DNA of 63,651 bases, counting the filler, from Folioceros fuciformis (lineage: Eukaryota), in NCBI GenBank assembly GCA_049999805.1. It is 17 parts of 17 records of this genome, joined end to end, with 100 filler letters (N's around TTAATTAATTAA, not from the genome) between each part and the next. Parts side by side here need not be neighbours in the genome. Positions count along the whole stretch, not along the records: positions 20,211 to 26,400 come from JBNGIO010006580.1; positions 26,501 to 29,045 come from JBNGIO010006581.1; positions 29,146 to 34,732 come from JBNGIO010006582.1; positions 34,833 to 41,910 come from JBNGIO010006583.1; 13 more parts are not named here. One strand, written 5' to 3'. The translations under genes and the position numbers were made by a program. Below are positions 23,801-38,628 of this stretch, piece by piece. Below the pieces are notes generated by a model, which saw only the letters and a list, made by a program, of their open reading frames with translations, was not told where the DNA came from and did no database searches. Numbering within the stretch: the first letter of the stretch is position 1; each line of letters opens with the position of its first letter.

Positions 23801-25360
23801 CTTGATGTCTAGCTTGTACAGGTTATGCACTGGAGTTCCTATTGCGACTATCTCAGCTTTGTTTTTCTGGTCAACTACATGGCACTGGCCATTAGTGAAC
23901 ATGGTGCTAAGCTTGTGCTGAGTATCTAGCAAGTAGACTGACACCAGATTTTTGACCAAAGCTGGTACGTGCAGAACTTCTAGTAGGGTTTCAACCCTTC
24001 CACTTACCGCAAGGACAGGGACCTTGCCTATTCCAACAATTGGTAGGCCACGATCGTCACCAAGAAGAACAACCTGACCTTTTGGAACCTTTCTATACTC
24101 AGAAAAAGCAGACTGTGTATGGCAGATGTGGGATGATGCACCTGAATCAAGGTACCACGCATGCTTGTACTGTGGTGTAGAAACCATATAGACTGCTAGA
24201 ACAGTGTTAGGCTTTCTGGATGCTATGTTAGCTTCTGGTGGGACTGTTCGACGGGGCTCTCCGGCCTTCTTTTTCCTGCATTCTGCCTCCCAGTGTCCTG
24301 GGATGAGGCACCAGTTGCATGGGCCCTTTTTCTTCTTAGCAGCTGTTGGTGGGCGATGCTTGAAGCTCCCACTGGCTCCAGCATTCTGGTACTGAGCACC
24401 CTGACGTGGTGGCTGCCTCTTCGAGCCTCTGTTAGTGTAGAGAACTCTATTTGAGGTCTCTCCTCTAGAGGAGGTACCACCCCTGCTTGCAATCCTCGTG
24501 GATTCTTCCTCCAGAAGGGCTCCAATCAGATCAGAAAGTGAAACTGCAGGTGTCTGTCCTGCAGGTGTGGCCTGGGCCACATTCCTCATGAGAGTGCAGT
24601 GGTTGCTCACAAATACTCGGTAGCTATCTGGCAGGGAGAGAAGCAGGGCTACTGCAGCCTGCATCTCCGTTGTTGCAGTCCCACTAGAGGTAAGCTTTGA
24701 CCTCAGCATGCGAAATTTGATTACATGCTGCTCTACAGACTCGTGCTCCTTCATCTTGCAGTTGTAGAAGGCACGAGTGGCACTAACCATTGATGACCCA
24801 TTCGACACTCTGTAGATTTGATTCAGGGAATCCCAAACATCCTTGGTTGTGTCAGCATCTTGAGTATGGTGCATCAAAGACCCATCCAGGGCTGACTGGA
24901 TAATGCCCAATGCTCGAAGATCCAACTTAACCCAAGCATCTATGTCAGCTTGAAGTGCTCCTTGCGGAGGCTTGGGCACTGTGCCAGTCACAATGCCCCA
25001 TAGATCATGCTCTCTCAAAATAGTTTGTACCCGCAGTGCCCATATGTCAAACTGTGTCCCGTTAAATCTGTCTCTTTCTTTAAAATCTATTTTTATGTTA
25101 TTGACCGTGGTAGTATTGTTGGTGACAGTCTGAGGTGGTTGGGATGCCATGTTTCCAACAGCTTGGTGTGCGAATGCTGCTCCTGCTTGTGCAACAACGT
25201 ATGCCTGAGCTAGTTGTGCTACGGATACAGCCTCCTGATTTAGACCAAGTGGATCAACTGTTAAAGGATTCAGATCGGGGTTTCCATCCCTTCCAGTACC
25301 ATGACCTCTACGCCTGCCTCTCGGGTCTCTGGTACTCCTACCACGGTTGCTATGGGACAT
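20826..25360 (-). pseudogene. gag-pol of copia B with three lesions
   Basis: Frameshift near 22735-22760, in-frame TAG at 22098-22100, frameshift near 21470. The domain motifs YLDSGAS, VHSDLCGP, YVDD and CDADWAAD are present. Confidence 0.9.
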
Positions 25361-25369
25361 CAGCCAGGT

Positions 25370-25943
25370 TTAGGGAGATGCATGGTCATGAGGTGCATGA
25401 GACAAAGATTCTCGTTTCCATGACTCTATACTTGCTGGGTGTGGCTGATTCATTTGCAGGTTTAGATAGGTCTGATCAGGTTGTTTTTCACGTTTGTGAA
25501 ATGCTGGAAGCCTGGACAGCACCTCAATTTGACGTGTGAGGGTCACTATTTGCCTCTGGGAATTAATGACCCTAGCAGTCAGGTCACAGACCTGCTGTCT
25601 ATGTTTCTCTGATTCTGACCTCACACAGTTGTAAATTTCCCGGAGGAATGGATCAGATTTAGGGGGATACGAGCTTGTGCACAATTTGCTGGGAATCTCA
25701 CTTGCCCTTTGTACGCTAATTGCAAGTGAGTGATTAAATTCCTTGCGAATTTTTTTTTCTAAGACTTGCTAGGGGAACTACCTGGACAGGCTTCTGAAAA
25801 TGATTGTTGTAACCACGTGATGCAGGCCTGGGACAGAAATTTAAGAAATGTTGAAGACTTCTTTGCTGGGCTTCTACATTTAAACCAGGGCTGCAGACAA
25901 ATGGGTCTACAGGTAATTTCCCTTTCCCACGTGCTCTCGGCAT
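25370..25943 (-). CDS. Extra ORF upstream of gag in copia B (about 190 aa, basic N-terminus plus coiled coil), split by +1 in an A9 run
   Basis: Removing one A from the run at 25750-25758 joins MPRARGKGK...SLRKK to IRKEFNH...REIYNCVRSESEKHRQQVCDLTARVINSQRQIVTLTRQIEVL...SP*. The stop lies 9 nt before the gag ATG. Confidence 0.5.
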
Positions 25944-26132
25944 CCCGCCTATCTAAGAGTGGCAGTGAAAGACAGTCTCTGCAAGAACCTTATGCGCCAT
26001 GTCTCCAGTCCTAACTTGCGGTAATTGCATTGTAGAGATTACCATACGGTAAAGTTCGTAAGACAATCTTTTCATGCAATCTACGCTCCTGCAGGTTGCG
26101 CAATGCTTAGGTGGAGATAATGACAAATCCAT

Positions 26133-26144
26133 GCTCTGATACCA
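26133..26144 (-). promoter_or_regulatory. Primer-binding site (tRNA-iMet), copia B
   Basis: TGGTATCAGAGC directly after an LTR ending in CA. Confidence 0.9.
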
Positions 26145-26547
26145 TGGAAAATTACAGACAAGGATCGGTTGCAAGATTGCATAAAGAGATAAAATTAAAA
26201 TTATTGTGTGGCCATGAACGGCCTTAAGCCAAGACATGTGCGTCGGTTCACGGCGTGTGAACGACGGTGACGGTTAGTTAGGTCACGACCCCTATGAAAC
26301 GCCGAAGCGTTTGGTATCTAGGTGTGTTGCCCTAAATGAATAAATAATTAATTAAATAAGGCTGGCTACTTAAATGCTAACTATATATGCTTTTTCACTA
26401 NNNNNNNNNNNNNNNNNNNNNNNNNNNNNNNNNNNNNNNNNNNNTTAATTAATTAANNNNNNNNNNNNNNNNNNNNNNNNNNNNNNNNNNNNNNNNNNNN
26501 CCCTGTGGTAGGTATACGTCTCATACATAATTAACCCCCAGTTTGGC

Positions 26548-27130
26548 GCAGCAATGGCAGCGTGTGAAGTGACTTGGATTTGTAAGTTACTCGGAGATTT
26601 TGGATTGCAGGTCAACGACAAGGTTGTTATCTACTGTGACAATCTTAGCAGCATACAGTTGGCGCGAAACCCACTGTTTCATGCCAGGACAAAACACATT
26701 GAAATACATTATCATTTTCTTTGCGAAAGGATTTTATCTGGAGCTATTGATCTTGTGTATGTCAACACAGACCAGCAGATAGCCGATATATTTACTAAGC
26801 CAATGGGAGCAGAGAAGCTGAAGAAATTCCGAGTTATGTTAGGCGTACAGATGCTATGTTGAGCTCGAGGGGGAGTGTTGAGTTATCGAGCTCTATATGA
26901 GCTAAACTCATGTGGTGTTAGTTATCCCAGTTGGGTTCATACTAGACTAGTTCTAGTTATTAGTGAACTTAGGATAGTGTAGATTATCCCATATTGAACC
27001 TGGAAGTTGTGTAGCCCTAAATGTACTACTTAAATGGAGACCTCGAACCTCCATAGTAAGACAGTGGTGATGTGTATTGTTTTCATGGTTGTGATCACCA
27101 ATACCACCCTCTCTTCTCTCCTCTCCTCTC
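26548..27130 (+). mobile_element. Copia 3' fragment: RNase H end, PPT and partial LTR
   Basis: IYCDNLSSIQLARNPLFHARTKHIEIHYHF...ADIFTK. PPT GAGGGGGAG at 26867-26875, LTR starting TGTTGAG at 26876. The end is approximate. Confidence 0.85.
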
Positions 27131-27169
27131 CTACACTTGCACGTAGACTGGAGTCGATCCTATTGACAA

Positions 27170-28635
27170 GAAGAGCCTTTATGGTTTGAAGTAGGCACCG
27201 AGGGAGTGGTATTTCAAGTTCCACTCATTTATGCTTTCTCAAGGCTACAAGCGTAGCGATGAGGATCATTGCCTCTATACGAAGCAAGCTAAGGATGGAA
27301 GCTTGCTCATTCTGGTCCTCTATGTGGATGATATGCTAATTGCTGGGACTAACAGTGATGAGATTTCAGCGTTGAAGTCAAAGTTGAAGGCTCGCTTTGA
27401 CATGACAGACTTGGGAGAGGCAAGCCATATTCTTGGCATGCGTGTTCGTCGAGACAGACAGAAACGTTTGTTGTACTTGTCTCAGAATGAATACATTAAC
27501 AAGGTGCTTCAATGTTTCAATATGGAGAAGGGGAAGGTATTAAGTACTCTGTTGCCTCCATATGTGAAACTGTCGAGCAAGGATTGCCCAAGCTCTGCGG
27601 AGGACAAAGCTGAAATGGAGAAGGTTCCATACTCATCAGCTGTAGGGAGTTTGATGTATGCAATGATTGCTACACGTCCTGACATTGCCTTTGCAGTGGG
27701 AGTGGTTAGCAGGTTTATGTCAAACCCTTGCAGGAAGCACTGGGAGGCAGTGAAAGGAGTTATGAGTTACTTGAATGGTACGAAAGCTTTGTGCTTATGT
27801 TTTGGTAGTGAAGATGCATCTGTCGTGGGATATACGGATGCTGATTATGCAAGTGATATGGACAAAAGGAGGTCCACATCAGGTTACGTCTTCATGTGCA
27901 CAGGAGGGGCAGTCTCATGGCGATCTCGTTTGCAATCATCCATAACACTATCTACCACAGAGGCCGAGTATGTTGCAGCGACTGAGGGATGCAAGGAAGC
28001 CATGTGGCTTGCTCGTCTAGTGGGAGATTTAGGGATCAAGGTTGCGCTGCTAGTGTTGCATTGTGATAGCCAGTGTGCTATCAAATTGGCGAAGAATCGA
28101 GTGTTTCATGCGAAGACCAAACATGTGGAAGTGAAGTATTACTTCATTCGAGAGGTGTTGGAAGACAAGAGGGTACAGCTTGTCAAAGTTCACACCAGTC
28201 AGAACCCTGCAGATGTTCTTACCAAGGGGTTCTCCACGGAGCAATTCGCACAAGCTCGAACACTTAGGGGCATAAGGTAGACCACTCTCCCATGAAGGTA
28301 AATTGGCCTTTAAGTGGGAGGTTGTAGGGTTATTAAAGCCCAATGTGCTCAGACTAATGTGATTAGTCTAATTAAACTAATGTGATTAGTTTAATTAGAC
28401 TAATGTAATTAGTCTAAGATAAGTGTCTAATTAAGTACCTTTAGTTTGGATTAGCTTAAGCTAATCTTTAGGAGGCATCCTCCATAGCTTCCTGTGAGCT
28501 TCTTGTGAAGCTTCCTTGGGAGCTTTTCTAGAGGGTATAAACACCCTCTTGAGCTCCCTTTTGCAATAGAGCTGTGAAAGACACTGTGAGACCCCTCTCT
28601 CTCCTCTCGTCCTCTCTTACTCTCTCCTCTGCTTC
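27170..28635 (+). mobile_element. Second copia 3' fragment: RT and RNase H, PPT, partial LTR
   Basis: LYGLK*APREW, LYVDDML, YTDADYA, HAKTKHVE (ORF 27231-28280). PPT AAGTGGGAG at 28312-28320, LTR from about 28323. The end is approximate. Confidence 0.9.
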
Positions 28636-29145
28636 ACTATGCTCCTCTATCGATCCTTTCATCTAGGGTTGCGGGGTTGGTGATTGATGGTAGCCTTTGG
28701 TCCCTTTGCTGCTCCCTAGGTCTCCGTATCAACGGGGTGTCATCTTCATCAGACTCATCATAGGCTGCCATGGCTGATTCGAAATGAAGTGGGGGCTCCT
28801 CATTCGTAAGAGGGGTCGACACTCCACCAGAAATAAAAGCCTCCCCCTACAACGGGACAACTACAAAAGGTTGTTCCGCCTCCTCCAACTCCTCTTGTGT
28901 TAACAACCCTTCTGTCTTCTATAAGTGCACCAACTAAGTCGAGAGGTAGCAAGGACATGCACTCCCCCCCTCCCTACCGTTTGGCTTGAGCAACTTCTCC
29001 CTGTGGTAGGTATACGTCTCATACATAATTAACCCCCAGTTTGGCNNNNNNNNNNNNNNNNNNNNNNNNNNNNNNNNNNNNNNNNNNNNTTAATTAATTA
29101 ANNNNNNNNNNNNNNNNNNNNNNNNNNNNNNNNNNNNNNNNNNNN

Positions 29146-31318
<2,173 letters not shown>

Positions 31319-33491
31319 GAGCACAAAGTGAATGGCACCAATTGGTGTCCATATTCTTTAGGTCCCTTTGCCTTCACTTGCGAAGGAAAGGAATACACTA
31401 ACCCCACCTGTTTGTAGTACTAGCGAATGAAGGAATAACCTACGGCTCCGTAATGTGATACTCTCTTCAGTTCAGGCTTCTTTCTTTGAAAACCATGTGT
31501 CTATGCTTTTGGCTTGAAGTGGCTGTGATGTGCCCCTGACGAGCGAGAAAACGCATTAGTGAAAAATTGGCCTCCTGGCCATGTCATACTCACTAGACAG
31601 TCTCTCCTTCTCACGTTCCCATCGTATCTAATTCCAGAATCGCCCAACATTCTTCTCAAATCTGACATCGATTTGGAATGTTATCAGTTCAAGGGCAACA
31701 AAACGTGGCTTCACTTTCTTAGAATATCAAACTTCTGATACACTCACAGGAGAAGGATCTGGGCCTGCTCACCTCTCAGCNNNNNNNNNNNNNNNNNNNN
31801 NNNNNNNNNNNNNNNNNNNNNNNNNNNNNNNNNNNNNNNNNNNNNNNNNNNNNNNNNNNNNNNNNNNNNNNNNNNNNNNNAGAAAGCAGCTGGCCACGCA
31901 GCTGTCAGCCCTGGCCGATCTGAAACCGTTGCTCAAGGCCTGGAGTTGGATTCATCATGGAATGATAACAGTCAGGTGCCGTCATTAGCACGCACAGCCT
32001 CGGGTGGTTTGTCGATCTCCTCATTTTCCTCATATGCTCCGCCCAACATGGCTGGCTCGCAGTTGACAAATGAGGAGAAAAGAAAATGAGGAGAAACAGC
32101 TTGAAGATGAAAAGGGACGGAAGAAGAAGGAAAACGAAAAAGAAGGGTTGATTGCGACCAGACATAAAGCAGCCACGCTCCGTCTGCAAACTCGATTGCG
32201 TCGCCTTTCCTCGGCGCGCGGGAACTCACTCGCGGAAACGCTTGCCTGTCTGGGCCTGGATTTTGGAACGCGATCGCGAGCCCAATGCAGTACAGTACGT
32301 TTCTTGTAGCACGGAGAATNNNNNNNNNNNNNNNNNNNNNNNNNNNNNNNNNNNNNNNNNNNNNNNNNNNNNNNNNNNNNNNNNNNNNNNNNNNNNNNNN
32401 NNNNNNNNNNNNNNNNNNNGCCCAATGCAGTACAGTACGTTTCTTGTAGCACGGAGAATCATGCAGGATCGTGCAAGCATGCGTCAATGATGCTACATGC
32501 GTCATGCATATCATGCACGCAAGGATGCTGCATGCATCATGTGCATGCTGCCGGTGTGAGTTGTCATGCCGGGAGGCAGTCGTTCCCTCCTGCCGGTGTG
32601 CGCGCCAAGCCCGCCGGGCGGTCCACAATCTGTCAGCGCCGCTGGCCGGGTGGGTCCTTTCCTCGCACCGCTCTCCAGAATGCGGAGGATAGCATGCATC
32701 GGGTGCTTGACGCAGGCACAAAGTTTCAATAGGTGCCGTTTCGGGCCAGCCTGAATGAGTCATAACGTCTTGGAACCACTGCAGGCTCGGCTCCTTTGGG
32801 CAGGGAGGACTCCTGCCAGGTCCAATTGGGCAGGAAGCACTCCAGGCCCCTTTCGACAGGGACCTTTGAGCTCGGACATTGTCCATCCGCATTTTGTTCT
32901 GGTTCCACATAATGAACGTCGAAGTGGGACTCAAAGCAGAAGATTCTGGCACACATACATCCTGTGGAGTAGTCCAGAAGGAGGTTGCAGGCGGGCCCTT
33001 ACAAGTGTCAGTGCTCGCCATCCGGTCCTGATTCAGGCGCGCATCTCAGGCTCAGGGCGCCCCGGAGAATAGCAGCCGAGCCGTCCCGTGAAGCAACAGC
33101 CTGCATCATCTGGAGCCTGCATAGACCAGAAGAGTGCACTCCTGGAGCACGCTGGAGAGCAGAACTGCATCGCCTGCATTGCTACTTCATCCTCGGGTGC
33201 ATCGATGAAATGTTGTTTGGTGTCACGCTTGTGGATGCATTGACCATTGGCCGTATCGCTGTCAGTTCCGGCGCCCTCGTTTCTGCAGCCTGATTCAGAG
33301 GCGAGGCGTGCATGTTTCCCGACCGCCGCCTGATCCAAGCTGCGGCCACGACGTCCGGAAGGAAGGATATAGTGCTGCTTCCTCTGCTTACACTTCTGGA
33401 TTCCAGGAGGGTACTACAACACGTCCAAGCTCTGCACCTGCAGTCACGCGGAGTTTGATATAAGAGGCCATCACCGGTTGCCAAGATGCAT

Positions 33492-34732
33492 ATGGCGCCT
33501 CCAAGTCGGACATCAATGCTCCTGGCCGCCTTGTCTTTGTGCTTGTGCTTGTCTGCTTCTCCTGTTTCGGGTATCGTCCGACCTCTCTCGCGCGGCACAA
33601 AGCCCAGTCATCCTCTTCCTGCTGCGGGAGTCAAAGTACGGTTTGTCGCATCGTCGTGTTTTCAAGCTTTCCGTGAAACGATCTCCAGACCCTGGACATA
33701 CCTGTATCTCTGAGTGAATGTTACAATTGAATATGGTCGCTGCAGCTGCATATTGTGTACTTGGGCAAGGGGAAATATGGGGGTGCTCTCGTCCCGACGC
33801 TTGCGCATCACCAGGCTGTCGTGCAAACTGTTCTCCCCAGGTGGTGGCATGTCCTTGCAAGAATTTCATTAAAGTTTGGCCAATTTGAAGATGTAATTTA
33901 GCTCTTACACTTGTTTGAATGTGGCACAGCGAGCTCAACAAGGACTTTGAATTTGTGTACAACTACGTGAATACCTTCAGTGGCTTTGCTGCCATGCTTA
34001 CAGACGACCAGGCTGCTTCCCTCAGAAGTGAGTCATCGCATTGTCTGAAGAATACAAGCTTCAAATCACCAGCTCCAGTAGACATCGGGCTTTCCCACTT
34101 ACCTGCTTGCATGGTAGCTCGGACATTTGAAAGACGAATCTCTGACCGCCCTACCTGATGACCCTGCAGGCCATCCGGATGTGGTGTCGACATTCGCAAG
34201 TGGAGTTAAACATCTGACCACCACTTACTCCTGGGCGGGGTATCTGGGACTCGCTGGTGGAAACGCTTGGACCCTCTCCAACGGTGGGGCCTCGGTCATT
34301 GTGGGGCTGCTGGACAGCGGTACGTACCCAGGCATCGGATGAATCCATTCCACCACCAGCTCACCTCCAGTCTGCAAAAGGTTTCTGTCAAGATAGTATC
34401 ACAAATGACTTGAACGTCTTCCAGGAATCTGGCCGGAATCGGAGAGTTTCAATGACCGGTACATCTCGGAAATCCCAGCAAGATGGAAGGGTGGATGCAC
34501 CAACACAAGGGATTTCCCGTCCTCTCTTTGCAACAAGTCAGTGCCGGCCATTGGAAGTTCATAGTTTTCTTTGACGAATGAATTCCCACCTTGGAAAACG
34601 TTCCTTGAAAGGCAGGGAGGCTGATGAACAGAGCGTTGCCGTGCAATGCAGGAAACTCATTGGAGCAAAGTTCTACAGCAAGGGCCTGATAGCATCAGGG
34701 TCGGGACTCTCCCCGCAGGACTTCGACTCAGC
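33492..34732 (+). CDS. Subtilisin-like protease, 5' half (signal peptide, I9 propeptide, catalytic Asp)
   Basis: Exons about 33492-33635, 33746-33840, 33930-34027, 34170-34319, 34425-34536 and 34652-34732 encode LHIVYLG, YNYVNTFSGFAAML, TTTYSW, VGLLDSG, IWPESESF, RWKG and KLIGAKFY. Confidence 0.92.
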
Positions 34733-35329
34733 NNNNNNNNNNNNNNNNNNNNNNNNNNNNNNNNNNNNNNNNNNNNTTAATTAATTAANNNNNNNNNNNN
34801 NNNNNNNNNNNNNNNNNNNNNNNNNNNNNNNNCGGGAAAACGCTACCTGGAAAATCCGCTCGCTATCCGGCCTCGCTCGCTTCACCAGATGTCCCCGTTT
34901 GCAGAAACGTTGCGTTGCCACGTCCTGTGCTGGGGTTGGTACCAGTACGCGTGGAGCAGGACACGTGTCCACCGCCGGTCATCAATACCAGCCCGCCCGG
35001 TTGCTCGCAACTCCATCCCCCAAGCTTTGCTTACGTTTCCGACGTATGCAGAAGCACGCACCACACAAATAAGATTCTAGCAAAGCCGGAGGGATTTTTT
35101 AATTCCAGGACACAGGGCCGGATGGAGGGTTCAGCCGTGAAGCCAGACAGCCATGCGGTGCACAGTTGTGTACAAGGCTGGGTTCGGAGGAAGGAATCCG
35201 GCATCTGGGGGAGAGGTGCATGCGTGTGTGCTGGATAGTGGCCAACATGTGTGACGGAGGCTTGATCTCTGGTCATGAGCGGATTAGGGTTTTGACGGGA
35301 GGTCTGCCACACTGTTGGACGGTGAGGAG

Positions 35330-36240
35330 CAGGAGGGATGACTCCAGCTGGCTCATTTCTGTCCGTGTGGCTGATGAATGGATGGATGCGTGTGCTGCGC
35401 TCCCTGGGGTGGTGAGTGGGAGTGGCCTGAACGGTGATGTGGTGTCGAGATTTGTGGTTGTGGACATGTGTTTGGAGTGTGGGAGCTCGGAAGGGGTCCG
35501 GACGGTGTGCGAAGGACTGCGGAATAGAGACGGTAGACACATGGAGTGCCATGGTTGCAGGACGCTCGGAACATGGACTGGGTGCCAGGCTGTCTTCCTT
35601 GGAGAGAGAGCGTCCTGCACAGGCTTTTGGAAGGGGCTTAGGGTGGAAGGTGTGCGTTGGTAGGAGCTTTGTTGAGATGTGAGCGGGAGGGAGGCTGGTC
35701 GACCGTTTGACAGCTTGTCCACCAAGGAGGTTGTGGTGTGGAATGGTTTGCCCCATGGTTGTGATGCATGGCGAAGGTCTGAAGGCTGTGGAGTGTTTTC
35801 AGGACATTTGTCTATCTGGAGTGTGTAGAAGGCATCTAGCTGTCGGGAAGGATTGTGTCGAGTGATCTACCTCTGCCTGCCTTTTGGGGCATGCAGTCAT
35901 GCAGGCCTGGTCCAAGAAGGGTAGCGGCAATTTGTGGATGATGCTCGAGGAGTATGGTGTCGAGCCCAAGTGTTCTCTATAACTGTAGGGTTGACATCAC
36001 TGCGAAGTGCCTGCGAAAGTCCCAATGAGCTTCGACTCTCTTGTCAGATGGGGACCTGCGAGCGCATACGTCCGAATGTCCTCTTGGACAACATCCATGC
36101 GAATGCATACCAATGAAAGAGTCTGTGGCAGTCGCACACATGCCGGAAGGAGCCTGCAAACGTGGCCATCGAAGTGGGAAGCAGGGTGCAGGAGGTTGGG
36201 AGGAGACGTGGTTTTATCAAATCTGGAGAGTGTGCATAGC
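35330..36240 (+). pseudogene. Highly degenerate PLS-class PPR gene
   Basis: Scattered frames give VDMCLECGS...RNRD, TWSAMVAG, EVVVWNG, GACSHAGLVQEG, EYGVEP and VVLSNL, with many stops and frameshifts. The bounds are approximate. Confidence 0.75.
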
Positions 36241-36988
36241 CTCGAGGTGGAAGGTAGACCCATTGCATCATCACAGTTGGTGTTGAAGGGATAAACTCTG
36301 CGATCTGTGACGGTGCGTCGGCACACATGGTCTCCTGAACTAGCAAACACTACACCAATCGCACCGCACAAGGAACACCAAGGCCGATACACTAGACCTG
36401 GACAAAACAAGTCTCCATACTCCTAAGGAATATCCCCGGTCGATGATAAGGAGTCGGAACCGGGTTGTCGCGAAAAGATTCGTTAGTTTCACGCCACGTG
36501 CAAGTTCTGATCGCCCATCGTAGTGAAACCCGTCGTTTGGAGACTGGTTGATCTGTGACGGTCAGTCCGCAGCAGGCGGTCACAACGCTGGAACCATCCG
36601 TCGGAAATGTGCGTTCCACCAGGAATGTCCAATGCTGAGCCGCCACGCTCCGGAGGGATTTCAGGGTCGCGATTTGACACGCAGCCGTGCAAAAAAACGT
36701 TGTGCGCATCGTGCGGGTTGGTGTTTGCTGACACGCAGCGATGAAGGCAGGAGGGAGAAAGCGAGGGAATGCAATTCGGGTGGCTCGGAATCCTTCCATG
36801 TATGCGGACCAGAGCCGCCAGATTGTTGATGAGGAAAATGCCAGTCCTTCTGCTGTTAAAGCCAACGGAACGTGTCCCTTGTCGCCTGGCAAATGCATGG
36901 CTTAGCTTCAGGATTGTTGCGTTTCTCTTGCAGGACGAAGACCTTGCTTGAAGACGTAGGCCGAACGTTTGTTTCGTGGAGGGGAGCC

Positions 36989-38628
36989 ATGGCAGCTGAG
37001 GCGAGCTTTGGTTGCTCTTCCATTCCAATGTGTCTTGCCCTTGCTTGTCTTCTCTGTAGCCCCGCTCAACATGCCAAGGTTTCTGCCGCTCGTTCCTGGT
37101 CTCCAGATTTGTCCACAAGTTCCTCCTCCCTGCGATGCGTAGGGAACACGCTCGGGAAGTTCTCCGGTCAGTATGGAACCAGGTTGATGGGAGTCCATCG
37201 TCTTGTGCACGATGGACTCACCTTCACTGCCAGGTTTCGCGATCGCAGAAGCCGGGGAGGTAGGGCCGCTCTGCACAGTCCGGATGTAGAGTTGGCCCCG
37301 GTTGTTCTGGTCCCAGGTGCAGGTGGTAACCAGCTGGAAGTGAAGCTTGACAACAACAAGTACAAGGCCGGGAGCTTTTGGTGTCTTGTGTACGACCGGA
37401 GCAACTATTTTCGCCTGTGGCTGGACGTTTTCTCGCTAATCCCTCCTCTGACGTCGTGTTTTGCTGAGAGGATTCAGCTGCTATATGATCCCGATTCCGA
37501 CAGCTACCGAAACAACGAGGGCGTCTCGTCCAGGGTTCCCTACTTTGGCAGCACTCAAGGCATGCAATATCTAGATCCTAATTTCAAGTAAGCTCTTACC
37601 AGGAGTGGGGTCATTTCTGGCATGGGGCCTGTGTGGTAAATCTGCTTGCTGGTATGGTGACCCACGGATGTGTTCATTCCACTCGCTTTAGTATTGAACA
37701 AGGGTTTATTGATTTTTTCTGCAGATCTCTGTCCCCTTACATGTCAGGATTGGTTGCTGCTCTGGAAAATGAAGGATACGTGGACAACGAGTCCTTGTTT
37801 GGGGCACCCTATGATTTCAGATATGCACCAGGGCCAAATCCGAGCGAGGTGGCTCGCACGTATCTGAAAGACCTGCAACTTCTTGTAGAGTCCGCATATT
37901 CTAAAAATCGTAACCGAAAGGTGGTTATCGTGGCTCATAGCTTAGGAGGTCTGTGGACACATTATTTCCTGAGTCAACAACCGGAGCAATGGCTGGAGAA
38001 GTACGTCAGCCACTTCGTTTCTGTCTCGACTCCTTGGGGTGGCACTGTTGAGCAGATGAAAACTTATGCTTCTGGGACCAACCAAGGTGTGAGCTTTCTG
38101 GATCCTCTTGCCTTCCGGGATGAGCAGCGCAGCTCAGAAAGTAACCTCTGGCTTTTGCCTGTGCCACGAGTCTTCGGAGCGGCTCCTCTGGTGATTACAC
38201 CTTCCAGAACTTACACTGCGTATGATATGGAGGACTTCTTTCACGACATTGATTTTACTGAAGGCATTGCTCCCTACAAATCCAGGATCCCCTCGCTAAC
38301 TGACAAGTTAGAGGCTCCTAAGGTGCCAACTACTGTTATGTATGCAAGGGGTGTGAAAACAGTGGAAACCCTTCTGTACAATGCAGGCACTTTTGACCAG
38401 TACTCGGAAATTGTTTACGGCGATGGTGACGGAACTGTCAACACTGCGAGTCTGACTGCAGTACTGGAGGACTGGCACTCGACAGCGGGTCAGAAATTGC
38501 GGGTCGTTGAGCTGGACAGCACAACCCACAGCGGTTGTCTGCTGGATTCCGCTGCACTTCAGCTCATCATAGGAGAGGTATTGTGGAAGGATGCGCCATC
38601 GGATGTAGTTTCGTTCGCTGCCAATTAG
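36989..38628 (+). CDS. LCAT1: Lecithin:cholesterol acyltransferase-like protein / phospholipase A (LCAT1-like), 2 exons
   Basis: PVVLVPGAGGNQL, RLWL, RVPYFGST, intron 37588-37724 (GT-AG, in frame), GAPYDFR, AHSLGG (Ser), GDGTV (Asp) and THSG (His). The N-terminus is signal-like. Confidence 0.9.

Larger units (their letters stand above)
20211..26400 (-). mobile_element. Ty1/copia LTR retrotransposon B (complete, two LTRs collapsed into one of about 256 bp)
   Basis: The contig ends share 47 bp (20211-20257 = 26354-26400). LTR at 26145-26400, PBS at 26133-26144, PPT AAGTGGGAG at 20258-20266, and gag-PR-IN-RT-RH order. Confidence 0.95.

Noticed and set aside
28640-29045. Possible gypsy Tat-like PPT and LTR start on the minus strand (AACTGGGGG...TG)
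   Set aside because: It is a single short motif with no gypsy coding sequence or second LTR.
31972-33021. 349-aa ORF between the subtilase halves
   Set aside because: It spans a 100-N gap with duplicated flanks and has no domain features.
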